A stretch of 64,000 bases of DNA, from positions 77,238-141,237 of the forward strand of contig DWXE01000010.1 in assembly GCA_019119355.1 (NCBI GenBank). Direction: 5' to 3'. The DNA comes from Candidatus Eisenbergiella merdigallinarum. Its GTDB lineage: Bacteria; Bacillota; Clostridia; Lachnospirales; Lachnospiraceae. Below are positions 31,336-41,692 of this stretch, piece by piece (within the stretch, counting starts at the first letter, position 1; every line of letters begins with the position of its first letter). The position numbers were made by a program, and so were the translations under genes. The notes under the pieces were generated by a model. It was not told the DNA's origin and ran no database searches. It saw only the letters and a program-made list of their open reading frames with translations.

Positions 31336-32952
31336 ATGAATGGTGCACAGGCAATGGTGAAGTGCCTCGAAAAAGAAGGGGTCGAGATGATCTTCGGCTA
31401 TCCGGGGGTGGCGATCTGTCCGTTTTATGACAGCATCCTGGAGTCCGGGATCCGCCCGATCCTGATCCGCACGGAGCAGAACGCGGCGCACGCGGCCAGC
31501 GGGCTGGCCAGGGTGACGCAGAAGGTCGGGGTGTGCGCGGTGACCAGCGGCCCCGGGGCCACGAACCTGATCACCGGGATCGCCACGGCGTTCGCGGACA
31601 GCATCCCTCTGGTCTGCATTACGGGGCAGGTCAACAGCGAGCTGATCGGGAGCGACGTGTTCCAGGAGGCGGATATCACGGGAGCGGCGGAATCCTTCGT
31701 CAAATACAGCTATCTGGTCAAAAACGCGGACGACATCCCCAGAATCTTCAAAGAAGCGTTCTATATCGCCAATACCGGCCGCAAGGGCCCGGTGCTCATC
31801 GACGTTCCGGCGGACGTGCAGAACGCGGAGCTCAAAAAGTTCGAATATCCCAAAACCGTCAGCCTGCGGACCTATAAGCCCACGGTAAAGGGGCACGCGG
31901 TGCAGATCAAAAAGGTCATGGCCGAGCTGGAAAAGGCCAAAAGGCCGGTCATCTGCGCGGGCGGGGGCGTGCTCTTAAGCGACGCTCAGGAAATGCTGCG
32001 GGAATTTTCCCACAAGTATCGGGTTCCCGTGGTGACCACCATGATGGGGATCGGCACCATGCGGACCGAGGACGGGATGTATTTCGGCATGGTGGGCAAC
32101 AACGGCGCTCCCTGCGCCAACCGGGCCATGAACGAGGCGGACATGGTCATTATGGTGGGCGCCCGGGTAGCGGACCGGGCTGTAAATCAGCCGGAGATCA
32201 TCACGAAGGATAAGGTCCTGGTCCATATGGACGTGGATCCCGCGGAAATCGGGAAAAACGCCGGCCCCACCATCCCGCTGGTGGGGGATGCGAAACATAT
32301 TTTTGAGGATATGATGAAGCAGGAGATCACCTGCGATCACGAACTGTGGGTGCAGACCCTTTTTGAGTACCGCCAGACCATGAAGGAGAAGCGGGCAGCG
32401 GATCCCGCTTTCATCGATCCCGCCGGGTTCGTCCGCACGCTGTCCGATAAAATGGAGAAAAACGCGATTTACGTGGCGGACGTGGGGCAGAACCAGATCT
32501 GGTCCTGCCGCAACTGCATCGTCCGGGACGGCAGCTTTCTGACCTCCGGCGGCATGGGTACCATGGGCTATTCCATCCCCGCGGCCATGGGGGCCAAGCT
32601 GGGGCAGCCGGACAGACAGGCCATAGCCGTGTGCGGCGACGGTTCTTTCCAGATGTCCATGATGGAGCTGGCCACCATGCGCCAGCACGGCGTGCCGGTC
32701 AAGATCGTGGTGATGTCCAACGGATATCTGGGCATGGTGAGGGAGTTCCAGCAAAACGCCTATCAGGGCCGCTACTGCGTGGTGGACCTTTCCGGAAGCC
32801 CGGATCTGTCCAAAATCGCGGAAGCCTACGGAGTCCGTTTCCTCCATCTGTCGGATCCGGACAAAATGGAGGAAACCATCGATTCGTTCCTGCAAAACGA
32901 CGATTCCGTGCTGATGGAGTGCGTCATCAATCCGATGGATACGGTGAAATAG
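31336..32952 (+). CDS. ilvB: Acetolactate synthase large subunit (divergent)
   Basis: FGYPG, TSGPGATN, FQEAD, GRKGPV, SGGMGTMGY, ThDP motif GDGSFQM...N. Confidence 0.88.
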   Translation: MNGAQAMVKCLEKEGVEMIFGYPGVAICPFYDSILESGIRPILIRTEQNAAHAASGLARVTQKVGVCAVTSGPGATNLITGIATAFADSIPLVCITGQVNSELIGSDVFQEADITGAAESFVKYSYLVKNADDIPRIFKEAFYIANTGRKGPVLIDVPADVQNAELKKFEYPKTVSLRTYKPTVKGHAVQIKKVMAELEKAKRPVICAGGGVLLSDAQEMLREFSHKYRVPVVTTMMGIGTMRTEDGMYFGMVGNNGAPCANRAMNEADMVIMVGARVADRAVNQPEIITKDKVLVHMDVDPAEIGKNAGPTIPLVGDAKHIFEDMMKQEITCDHELWVQTLFEYRQTMKEKRAADPAFIDPAGFVRTLSDKMEKNAIYVADVGQNQIWSCRNCIVRDGSFLTSGGMGTMGYSIPAAMGAKLGQPDRQAIAVCGDGSFQMSMMELATMRQHGVPVKIVVMSNGYLGMVREFQQNAYQGRYCVVDLSGSPDLSKIAEAYGVRFLHLSDPDKMEETIDSFLQNDDSVLMECVINPMDTVK

Positions 32953-32967
32953 GAAGGAGGAAGCGGC

Positions 32968-33456
32968 ATGAAAAAAATCTATTCCGTACTGGTGGAGAAC
33001 CGTTCCGGCGTGCTGTGCAAGGTGGCGGGGCTTTTCTCCAGAAGGGCGTTCAACATCGACAGCCTGGTGGTGGGCGAAACGGACGATCCCACGGTTTCCT
33101 GTATGACCATCGTTTCCAGCGGGGATCTGCACACGCTGGAGCAGATCGAGAAGCAGCTGAATAAAAAGCTGGACATCATCAAGGTGAAAACCTTTGAGGA
33201 GCAGGCCAGCGTCAGCCGGGAGCTGATGCTGGTCAAGGTGAAATACAACCGGGGGAACAGAAGGGACATCATGGAAATCTGCGGGATTCTGAAAGCGCAG
33301 GTGGTGGACATGTCCAAAACACAGATGATGATCCAGATGTGCGACGTGCCGGAGCGGATCCAGCTGTTTCTGAAAATGCTGCAGACCATCAGCATCGTGG
33401 AGGTGGCGCGCACCGGCACGGTGGCCCTTCCCAAATGCCACGATCAGGAAGGCTGA
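32968..33456 (+). CDS. ilvN: Acetolactate synthase small subunit (copy 1)
   Basis: VENRSGVL...LFSRRAFNIDSL, QIEKQLNK, RELMLVK, EVARTG. Confidence 0.9.
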   Translation: MKKIYSVLVENRSGVLCKVAGLFSRRAFNIDSLVVGETDDPTVSCMTIVSSGDLHTLEQIEKQLNKKLDIIKVKTFEEQASVSRELMLVKVKYNRGNRRDIMEICGILKAQVVDMSKTQMMIQMCDVPERIQLFLKMLQTISIVEVARTGTVALPKCHDQEG

Positions 33457-33499
33457 TGGGCCTGCATTATAACGCACGGTTCGGGGAAAACAATGCAAG

Positions 33500-33568
33500 A
33501 TAACCTGAAGTTATGCTTTACATGACCAGAACTCATACGTTGACACCGGTTTGGAATGTTGCTAGAAT
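33500..33568 (+). promoter_or_regulatory. LysR-type tandem operator plus sigma-A promoter of ilvN2-ilvC
   Basis: ATAAC-N5-GTTAT, 7 nt, ATGAC-N5-CTCAT, then TTGACA-17-TAGAAT. Confidence 0.7.
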
Positions 33569-33627
33569 AAATTCCAGACAGCTAATAAATTACCGGCAAA
33601 ACGGCCGGGGAGAGGGAGGAAGTACCG

Positions 33628-34146
33628 ATGCACAAAAAGGCATTTCAGCTCATCGTGGACAATACTTCGGGCGTTTTGAGCCGTATTTCCGGGCTGTTTT
33701 CCAGAAGGGGCTACAACATCGAGAGCATTACGGCAGGGGTGACGGCCGATCCCAGGTTCACGCGGATCACCATCGTGGCCAGCGGGGACGACGAGATTCT
33801 GGAACAGATTGAGAAGCAGGTTGGCAAGCTGGTGGATGTGCGGGATATCCGCGAGCTGGATCCGGCGGACAGCGTTTTCAGGGAACTGGCCCTGATCAAG
33901 GTGAAGGCCGGAGCGGTGGACCGCCCCGGGATCATCGCGGTGGCGAACGTTTTCAGAGCCAACATCATCGACGTCGGCGCCGAAAACCTGATCATCGAGC
34001 TGACCGGATCCCAGAGCAAGCTGGAGGCGTTTCTGAAGCTTCTGGACGGCTATGAGATCCTGGAGCTGGCGAGAACCGGAATCGCGGGCTTAAGCCGCGG
34101 AATCGACAAGGTGGTTTATATCGACGAAAACGGGGACGGATTCTGA
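33628..34146 (+). CDS. ilvN: Acetolactate synthase small subunit (copy 2)
   Basis: VDNTSGVLSRISGLFSRRGYNIESI, RELALIKV, ELARTG. Confidence 0.92.
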   Translation: MHKKAFQLIVDNTSGVLSRISGLFSRRGYNIESITAGVTADPRFTRITIVASGDDEILEQIEKQVGKLVDVRDIRELDPADSVFRELALIKVKAGAVDRPGIIAVANVFRANIIDVGAENLIIELTGSQSKLEAFLKLLDGYEILELARTGIAGLSRGIDKVVYIDENGDGF

Positions 34147-34202
34147 TCTGCCCCGGGATAAAAGGGTCTGTTGTGTGGGGAAAGCATCCCCGTGAAGGAT
34201 AA

Positions 34203-35240
<1,038 letters not shown>

Positions 35241-35269
35241 TTGATGAGACTGTGATTTCGGACGTTTTG

Positions 35270-35325
35270 AAAGGGACTGCTCCGCAGAACCGGGAATTTT
35301 CCGGCCCTGCGGAGCGCCTTTTTTT
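35270..35325 (+). terminator. ilvC terminator
   Basis: GCTCCGCAG...CTGCGGAGC followed by GCC-T7. Confidence 0.75.
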
Positions 35326-35332
35326 GTTTCAA

Positions 35333-35504
35333 TTCAGCCATGCAGGCGCATGTGGCAAAATGCCGCGTGGGAGCTTGCTCACTAAGCTGCATTTTGTCAC
35401 ATGCGCCTATAGGGCGGATGCCCGACATGAATCATTTGACGGCCAGCAGCCTTTTGCGCAGCCAATTCAGTGGAATCCGTCAAATGATGAATGGCATGGC
35501 TGAA
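35333..35504. ncRNA. Four-stem structured element resembling the Clostridiales-1 RNA motif
   Basis: Closing stem TTCAGCCATGC/GCATGGCTGAA encloses three hairpins (AGGCGCATGTGGCAAAATGC/GCATTTTGTCACATGCGCCT; GGGC/GCCC; TCATTTGACGG/CCGTCAAATGA); family match recalled, not searched. Confidence 0.65.
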
Positions 35505-35539
35505 CGGTTACTTTTTTGGATGCCGGACAGCGGTTTTGC

Positions 35540-35568
35540 TTGCATATTCCGGAAAACAATGCTATAGT
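35540..35568 (+). promoter_or_regulatory. Sigma-A promoter of the leader peptide/methyltransferase unit
   Basis: TTGCAT-17 nt-TATAGT with extended -10 TG. Confidence 0.75.
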
Positions 35569-35600
35569 AACGTTAACCTGAAAAGAAGGGAAGAACGGCC

Positions 35601-35672
35601 ATGACAGTGCTGACGGGAAAATCCGTTATGATGATGCCTCAGATGATGAAGGGACGCATCGCCGCTATCTGA
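35601..35672 (+). CDS. Putative attenuator leader peptide MTVLTGKSVMMMPQMMKGRIAAI (23 aa)
   Basis: Purine-rich SD (GAAGGGA), 6 Met in 23 codons, stop codon lies inside an alternative-pairing segment; not in the ORF track. Confidence 0.7.
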   Translation: MTVLTGKSVMMMPQMMKGRIAAI

Positions 35673-35765
35673 AGGGCGCCAATCGCGCGCAGATACGGTG
35701 AAGGGGTCTTCTGTTTCTGTACGCATCCGTCGAGCACGTTCTGAATGTTAAGAGAATTGTCCGGT

Positions 35766-35804
35766 AACCGTATCAGAATCAGAGGATTTTGATACGGTTT
35801 TTTT
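35766..35804 (+). terminator. Attenuator terminator upstream of the methyltransferase
   Basis: AACCGTATCAGAATC-AGAG-GATTTTGATACGGTT followed by a T tract. Confidence 0.85.
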
Positions 35805-35849
35805 ATCTGAGAACGGCCGGGACTATCGATTGACGGAGGATGAGAAGAA

Positions 35850-36647
35850 ATGAACGAGATTGAACGGTTTTACGATGAGGAATATGAGGAGTGGGAGCGG
35901 CTGGCCTGGCACCTTACGGAGTTCGAAGTGACCAGGCGCTATATGCAGCAGTACCTCCCGAACCCGCAGAAGGTGCTGGATATCGGCGGCGGGCCGGGGC
36001 GTTATTCCATTTTCCTGGCGCAGCAGGGCCACGAGGTGACTCTGCTGGATCTGTCCGGAAAAAACATCCGGCAGGCCATCGAGCGCGCCAAAGAGGCCGG
36101 AGTCCATCTGGACAGCTGTATCCACGGCAACGCGCTCTGGCTCTCCGAATATATCTACAAGGAAGAGCAGTATGACGCCGTGCTTCTGATGGGGCCCCTG
36201 TACCATCTCCTCAACGAGGAGGACCGGAAAAAAGCGCTGGCGGAAGCGCTGCGGGTTTTAAAGCCCGGAGGGATCCTGATCGCTTCGTTCATTTCCAACT
36301 ACGCGCCCCTGCAGGACTACGCCAGCCGGCTGAAGGATCTGGAAGACGGGGAACGGCTCCTGCGCTATCTGCAGGACGGGCGCAACGAAAAGGAGGATGC
36401 CGTGGAGTTCACCACCTCGTATTTCTGTTCGGCCGGGGAGGCGAGGAAATTTATGGAGGAAGCGGGATTGAAGGAGCTGGCCTTCGCCGGGGTGGAAAAT
36501 ATCCTCTGCGGGAAGGAAGAACAGATGCACCGCCTTTCGGAAGAACAGAAGGAGCGGTGGCTGGATCTGGCCTGGCGCCTGAGCAGGGATCAGAACCTTC
36601 TCGGGATGAGCCAGCATTTCCTCTACATCGGAGAGAAGGAAATCTGA
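35850..36647 (+). CDS. Class I SAM-dependent methyltransferase
   Basis: EWERL, VLDIGGGPGRYS, LLDLS, VLLMGPLYHL, LKPGG. Confidence 0.92.
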   Translation: MNEIERFYDEEYEEWERLAWHLTEFEVTRRYMQQYLPNPQKVLDIGGGPGRYSIFLAQQGHEVTLLDLSGKNIRQAIERAKEAGVHLDSCIHGNALWLSEYIYKEEQYDAVLLMGPLYHLLNEEDRKKALAEALRVLKPGGILIASFISNYAPLQDYASRLKDLEDGERLLRYLQDGRNEKEDAVEFTTSYFCSAGEARKFMEEAGLKELAFAGVENILCGKEEQMHRLSEEQKERWLDLAWRLSRDQNLLGMSQHFLYIGEKEI

Positions 36648-36752
36648 ACCGTTGTGAAATCTTTCTGAAAAAAACGGGAATCGGTTGCGGAGTCTTGCTC
36701 CCTGGGCTATAATCAGATTGTTGCGAAAGAAACCGAAAGGAGCAATGATTTC

Positions 36753-37544
36753 ATGAAAAATGATTTATTCAGCATCGGGCCGTTTACCGTGCACGGATAC
36801 GGGCTGATGATGGCCATCGCCATTCTGACCGCTTACTACATGGTGGAATACCGGGCGAAGAAAAAGGGGATGGATTACGAAAAGATTTTTCCGCTGGCGA
36901 TCTGGGCGGTTGTGGGAGGGCTTCTGGGCGCCAAGATTCTGTATCTGCTGACCAGGCTTCCGGATCTGATCGCGGATCCTTCCCTGATCCTGCACAGCCT
37001 GGCGGACGGCTTCGTCGTCTACGGCAGCATCATCGGCGGCGTGGCTGCGGCCTGGATCTACTGCAAAAGGAGCGGGCTCGCCTTCCTGCAGGTGTTCGAC
37101 CTGGTGGTCCCTTCCCTGGCGCTGGCGCAGGGAATCGGGAGAATCGGCTGCCTGCTGGCGGGCTGCTGTTACGGGATGCAGGTGAGCGAAAACAACCCCA
37201 TCGGCATCGTCTTTCAGGAGTCTTCCTACGCGCCCAACGGCGTGCCGCTTTTTCCGGCCCAGATCGTTTCCAGCGCCCTGAACTTCATCCATTTCGGGGT
37301 CCTGATGTTCTTGTCGGGACGGCTGAAGGCGGAAGGGCAGCTGGCCGGCTGTTACCTGATTTTTTACAGCATCGGGCGGTTTATCCTGGAGTTTTTCCGG
37401 GGCGACCTGATCCGGGGGAACGTGGGAAGCCTTTCCACTTCCCAGTTCATTTCGATTTTCATCTGCGCGGTGGGGCTTTTCATGGTGTTCGCCCTTCCCA
37501 GGCTTCAAAGAAAGAGAGAAACTTCCGGGCCGGCTCAGGAATAG
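36753..37544 (+). CDS. lgt: Prolipoprotein diacylglyceryl transferase
   Basis: HGYGLM, GAKILY, GFVVYG, QGIGRIGCLLAGCCYG, RFILEFFRGD, TSQFIS. Confidence 0.92.
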   Translation: MKNDLFSIGPFTVHGYGLMMAIAILTAYYMVEYRAKKKGMDYEKIFPLAIWAVVGGLLGAKILYLLTRLPDLIADPSLILHSLADGFVVYGSIIGGVAAAWIYCKRSGLAFLQVFDLVVPSLALAQGIGRIGCLLAGCCYGMQVSENNPIGIVFQESSYAPNGVPLFPAQIVSSALNFIHFGVLMFLSGRLKAEGQLAGCYLIFYSIGRFILEFFRGDLIRGNVGSLSTSQFISIFICAVGLFMVFALPRLQRKRETSGPAQE

Positions 37545-38436
37545 CGCCGGATCTGGCCCAGGCGAAGCCGATCTGGCGTCTGGGGATGGAGACGGGCATT
37601 TTCAGCTGAACCAGCTTTCCGGAGGACAGCTCTTCCCGGACAAAATCCCGGATGACGCAGGCGATTCCCAGATCGATCTTTGCGAATTCGATGAGAAGGT
37701 CCATGGAAGTCACCTCGATCATCCTGGAAGCGGAGAGGTTTTCCTGAGACAAATACCGGTCCACATACTGGCGGGTCATATTTTCCTTGTTGAGGAGCAT
37801 GAGCGTAGACTCGGCGATCACCGTTCTGGAAGACAGATGGGTGTCGGCGGGGATGCGCTCTTTTAAATGGTCCAGATAGGAGCGGGTGGTGACGAAAATA
37901 TCCTGGATTTCCATGGCGGGGAGAAAGCTGAGCCTGTCCATGGGGGAGGAGCTGCCTTCGGATGGAGCGTGCCGCAGGGAATCCGGCCCCCCGATGAGGC
38001 CGATGTCGATGCTCCCTTTTTCCAGCGCCTCGATGGTCTCATAGGAGGACTGGCAGGAAATGGAGATCTGGATGTGGGGATTCTGGCGGACAAAGGGCTG
38101 CAGAATGGGAAGGAGCACATATTTGCACAGGGTGGCGGAAGCCCCCAGGGACAGATGGCCGACGCCCAGCTTCTGCATTTGCAGCAGCTGCTTTTCTCCC
38201 TGGGCGATGGCCAGGAACGCCCGCTCCACCTGGCTGTACAAAAGCTCACCCGCTTCCGTCAGCTTCACGCCCCGGGAGGAGCGCAGGAACAGGGTGGAGC
38301 CCAGGTTCTGCTCCAGCCGGGCGATGGCCTTGCTGATGGCGGGCTGGCTGATGAACAGCTCCCGGGCGGCCCCGGAAATATTCCGGCATTTTGCCACCGT
38401 ATAGAAAATATGATAGAGATTGAAATTCTGTTCCAT
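37480..38436 (-). CDS. LysR family transcriptional regulator
   Basis: FYTVAKCRNISGAARELFISQPAISKAIARLE...LFLRSSRGVKLTEAG; divergent from leuC. Confidence 0.95.
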   Translation of the reverse strand: MEQNFNLYHIFYTVAKCRNISGAARELFISQPAISKAIARLEQNLGSTLFLRSSRGVKLTEAGELLYSQVERAFLAIAQGEKQLLQMQKLGVGHLSLGASATLCKYVLLPILQPFVRQNPHIQISISCQSSYETIEALEKGSIDIGLIGGPDSLRHAPSEGSSSPMDRLSFLPAMEIQDIFVTTRSYLDHLKERIPADTHLSSRTVIAESTLMLLNKENMTRQYVDRYLSQENLSASRMIEVTSMDLLIEFAKIDLGIACVIRDFVREELSSGKLVQLKMPVSIPRRQIGFAWARSGAIPEPARKFLSFFEAWEGRTP

Positions 38437-38502
38437 AAGCCCTCCTTCATCCTGCGCCGCAGCAGCGTACCATAACCTGAAAACATCATCTATGATTATA
38501 AT

Positions 38503-38568
38503 ATAACATGAGTTTATAGTAAATATAAAAGAAAGATATTTTCGCTCTTTGGATTCGTATGATACACT
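38503..38568 (+). promoter_or_regulatory. LysR-type tandem operator and promoter of leuCD
   Basis: ATAAC-N5-TTTAT, 7 nt, ATAAA-N5-GATAT; extended -10 TGATACACT. Confidence 0.65.
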
Positions 38569-38639
38569 AAAAACAGAAAAAGCGGGGATTTTCCCCGGAA
38601 AACAGGCTGCACGGCAGCCGGAAGGAGAACGGGAAGAAT

Positions 38640-39905
38640 ATGGGAATGACGATGACGCAGAAGATTCTGGCCGCCCATGCGGGGCTGGAATCGGTGGAAG
38701 CGGGTCAGCTGATCGAGGCGGATCTGGATCTGGTGCTGGGAAACGATATCACCAGCCCGGTGGCCATCCGGGAGATGGAAAAGATGAAGGTGGACGGCGT
38801 GTTCGATAAGGATAAGATCGCGCTGGTGCCGGATCATTTCGTCCCCAATAAGGACATCAAATCCGCCGAGCACTGCAAATGCGTGCGGGAATTCGCCCGC
38901 CGCAACGAAATCACCAACTATTTTGAAGTGGGGCAGATGGGGATCGAACACGCGCTGCTGCCGGAAAAAGGGCTGACGGTTGCGGGAGATGTGATCATCG
39001 GAGCGGATTCCCATACGTGCACATACGGCGCGCTGGGCGCTTTCTCTACGGGCGTGGGCAGCACGGATATGGCGGCGGGCATGGCCACCGGAAAGGCGTG
39101 GTTCAAGGTGCCCGGGGCGATCCGGTTCAACCTGACGGGGAAGCCCTCCAAATGGGTCAGCGGCAAGGACGTGATCCTGCACATCATCGGGATGATCGGC
39201 GTGGACGGAGCCCTCTATAAGTCCATGGAATTTACAGGGGACGGCATCGCCAGCCTGAGCATGGACGACCGCTTCACCATCGCCAACATGGCCATCGAGG
39301 CCGGCGGCAAAAACGGGATTTTCCCGGTGGACGACAAAGCCGAGGCCTATCTGAAGGAGCATTCCGACCGGCCGTACCGGATTTACGAAGCGGATCCGGA
39401 CGCCGTCTACGATGCGGAATATACCGTCGATCTGAGCAGCTTAAAGCCCACCGTGGCCTTCCCTCATCTGCCGGAGAATACGAAGACCGTGGATGAAATC
39501 GCGGACGACGTGGCCATCGATCAGGTGGTGATCGGGTCCTGTACCAACGGCCGCTTGGACGATCTGCGCATCGCGGCGGAAGTGCTGTGCGGGCGGCATG
39601 TGGCGCAGGGAATCCGCTGCATCGTCATCCCCGCGACCCAGAAGATCTATCTGCAGGCCATGGAAGAGGGGCTCTTAAAGACCTTCATCGAAGCGGGCTG
39701 CGTGGTCAGCACTCCCACCTGCGGCCCCTGCCTGGGCGGATACATGGGCGTCCTGGCGGAAGGGGAACGCTGCGTATCCACCACCAACAGGAACTTCGTG
39801 GGCCGGATGGGACACGTGAAATCGGAAATTTATCTGGCCAGCCCCGCGGTGGCGGCGGCCAGCGCGATCGCGGGCAAAATTGCGGTCCCCGATCAGCTGG
39901 ACTAA
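38640..39905 (+). CDS. leuC: 3-isopropylmalate dehydratase large subunit
   Basis: [49 protein letters not shown]. Confidence 0.92.
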   Translation: MGMTMTQKILAAHAGLESVEAGQLIEADLDLVLGNDITSPVAIREMEKMKVDGVFDKDKIALVPDHFVPNKDIKSAEHCKCVREFARRNEITNYFEVGQMGIEHALLPEKGLTVAGDVIIGADSHTCTYGALGAFSTGVGSTDMAAGMATGKAWFKVPGAIRFNLTGKPSKWVSGKDVILHIIGMIGVDGALYKSMEFTGDGIASLSMDDRFTIANMAIEAGGKNGIFPVDDKAEAYLKEHSDRPYRIYEADPDAVYDAEYTVDLSSLKPTVAFPHLPENTKTVDEIADDVAIDQVVIGSCTNGRLDDLRIAAEVLCGRHVAQGIRCIVIPATQKIYLQAMEEGLLKTFIEAGCVVSTPTCGPCLGGYMGVLAEGERCVSTTNRNFVGRMGHVKSEIYLASPAVAAASAIAGKIAVPDQLD

Positions 39906-39923
39906 TAAGGGAGGGAAAACGGA

Positions 39924-40412
39924 ATGGAAAAAGCTTCAGGAACTGTTTTTAAATACGGAGATAACGTGGATACGGACGTGATCATTCCCGCCCGCTATCT
40001 GAACTCCTCGGATCCGGCGGAGCTGGCCGCTCACTGCATGGAGGATATCGACAGGGAGTTCGTGGGGAAGGTGAAGGCAGGAGACCTGATCGTGGCGGAG
40101 AAGAACTTCGGATGCGGCTCTTCCCGGGAGCACGCTCCCGCGGCGATCAAAGCGGCCGGAGTCAGCTGCGTGATCGCGGAAACCTTCGCCCGGATTTTTT
40201 ACCGCAACGCCATCAACATCGGGCTGCCCATCATCGAGTGCCCGGAGGCCGCCAAAGGCATCCAGGCAGGGGATGAGGTGGAAGTGGATTTCGACACGGG
40301 CAGGATTTACGACAAGACCAGAGGGACCGAGTATCAGGGGCAGGCGTTTCCTCCCTTCATGCAGAAGATCATCGATGCGGGCGGCCTGATCAACTACATC
40401 AACGCCCGATAG
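39924..40412 (+). CDS. leuD: 3-isopropylmalate dehydratase small subunit
   Basis: [38 protein letters not shown]. Confidence 0.92.
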   Translation: MEKASGTVFKYGDNVDTDVIIPARYLNSSDPAELAAHCMEDIDREFVGKVKAGDLIVAEKNFGCGSSREHAPAAIKAAGVSCVIAETFARIFYRNAINIGLPIIECPEAAKGIQAGDEVEVDFDTGRIYDKTRGTEYQGQAFPPFMQKIIDAGGLINYINAR

Positions 40413-40420
40413 GAGACCTT

Positions 40421-41692
40421 TTAGAGCACCGCGGTGATGGTGGTCTGGGACTGCCCGTCGCTTCTGACGCTGATGCGGCCGCCGTGGGCCGCCACGATGG
40501 AGGCGGCGATGGCGAGGCCCAGGCCGTACCCTCCGGACTGTCCCCCGCCGTCGGGCTGGCGGCTGCGGGAAGCGTCGCTGCGGTAAAACCGTTCGAAAAT
40601 ATGCTTTTGTTCTTCTGCGGAGATTCCCTTTCCGGTATTTGTCACGGAAAGGGTTCTTTTTTCGCCTTTTTTGCTCAGGGAAACGGAGACGGTTCCCCGC
40701 TCGTCCGAGTACTTGAAGGCGTTGTCCAAAAGGATGGTGGCAAGCTGCCGGATGGCGGCTTCGTCCCCCTGGCAGAAGATCCCCTCCGGAATGTCCATCC
40801 GATACGTCTTTTGGCTCTCATAGGCCAGGCTTTCGAAGGAGAGGGCGGCGGAGGACACGGCGCGGCTTAAGTCGAAGGTAGTCATGGGAAGGGATTTTGG
40901 GCCGGAATCCATCCGGGCCAGATCCAGGAGCTCCCGGATCAGGGTGTTCATCCTGGCCACCTGCTCCAGGATGTGCCCCAGCCATTTGTTTTCCCCGAGG
41001 GAGCAGGAAAGGACCTCCGCGTTGGCGGAGATGATGGTCAGCGGCGTCTTCAGTTCGTGGGAAGCGTCGGCGATGAACTGTTTCTGCTTTTCCAGCGTGT
41101 CAGCCACGGGCCGGATCATCCAGCGGGACAAAAACAGGACCGCCAGAAAGAGGAAAAAGATCCCGGCCAGCCCTGCGGCGAGGCACAGGAGAAAAAGGCT
41201 GAAGATCATGGAATGCTCCACGGAATAGTCCAGAAAGAACAGGATCGTTCCAGAATCCGTCTCCCTGCTCAAAAACAGATAGTGGCCGCCCACCAGGCCG
41301 CGTTCCTCCTGCGGATCCGCCTTTTCTCCGATGAGGAGGATGTCGTCTTCGGAAAGATCCGAATCGTGGTTATAGTTGACGCTGAGGATCTCCCCGTCCG
41401 GGCCGTATTCGATGGAAAAGATGCGGAACGCATCCTGATAGTTGCCGGGCGGGGGCGGGGTGTCCGCCGGCTCCTCCTGGCCGCGCCCGTACCGGTCCGG
41501 CCTTTCCCGTTCCAAAGGCATGCGGCCCTCCGGGGATTCCATCTCGTCGGCGAAACGGCGAAGCATCTCATAGCCGCGGTTCTGGCTGGAAACCGTCATG
41601 AAGACGTTGATCACCAGAAGGATCAGGAGGAAGAGGGCGCCGATGCAGAGCATGGTGACCGCGATGAACTTGTAGCGGAGCCGCCGGATCAT
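40421..41692 (-). CDS. Sensor histidine kinase (HisKA/HATPase)
   Basis: Two TM helices, ADASHELKTPL, DNAFKY, IFERFYR, GYGLGLAI. Confidence 0.95.
   Translation of the reverse strand: MIRRLRYKFIAVTMLCIGALFLLILLVINVFMTVSSQNRGYEMLRRFADEMESPEGRMPLERERPDRYGRGQEEPADTPPPPGNYQDAFRIFSIEYGPDGEILSVNYNHDSDLSEDDILLIGEKADPQEERGLVGGHYLFLSRETDSGTILFFLDYSVEHSMIFSLFLLCLAAGLAGIFFLFLAVLFLSRWMIRPVADTLEKQKQFIADASHELKTPLTIISANAEVLSCSLGENKWLGHILEQVARMNTLIRELLDLARMDSGPKSLPMTTFDLSRAVSSAALSFESLAYESQKTYRMDIPEGIFCQGDEAAIRQLATILLDNAFKYSDERGTVSVSLSKKGEKRTLSVTNTGKGISAEEQKHIFERFYRSDASRSRQPDGGGQSGGYGLGLAIAASIVAAHGGRISVRSDGQSQTTITAVL

Noticed and set aside
35580-35810. SAM riboswitch or T-box before the methyltransferase
   Set aside because: No S-box core (ATCAAGAG...GAGGGA...GGCCC) and no GGTGGNACC T-box; a leader-peptide model fits better
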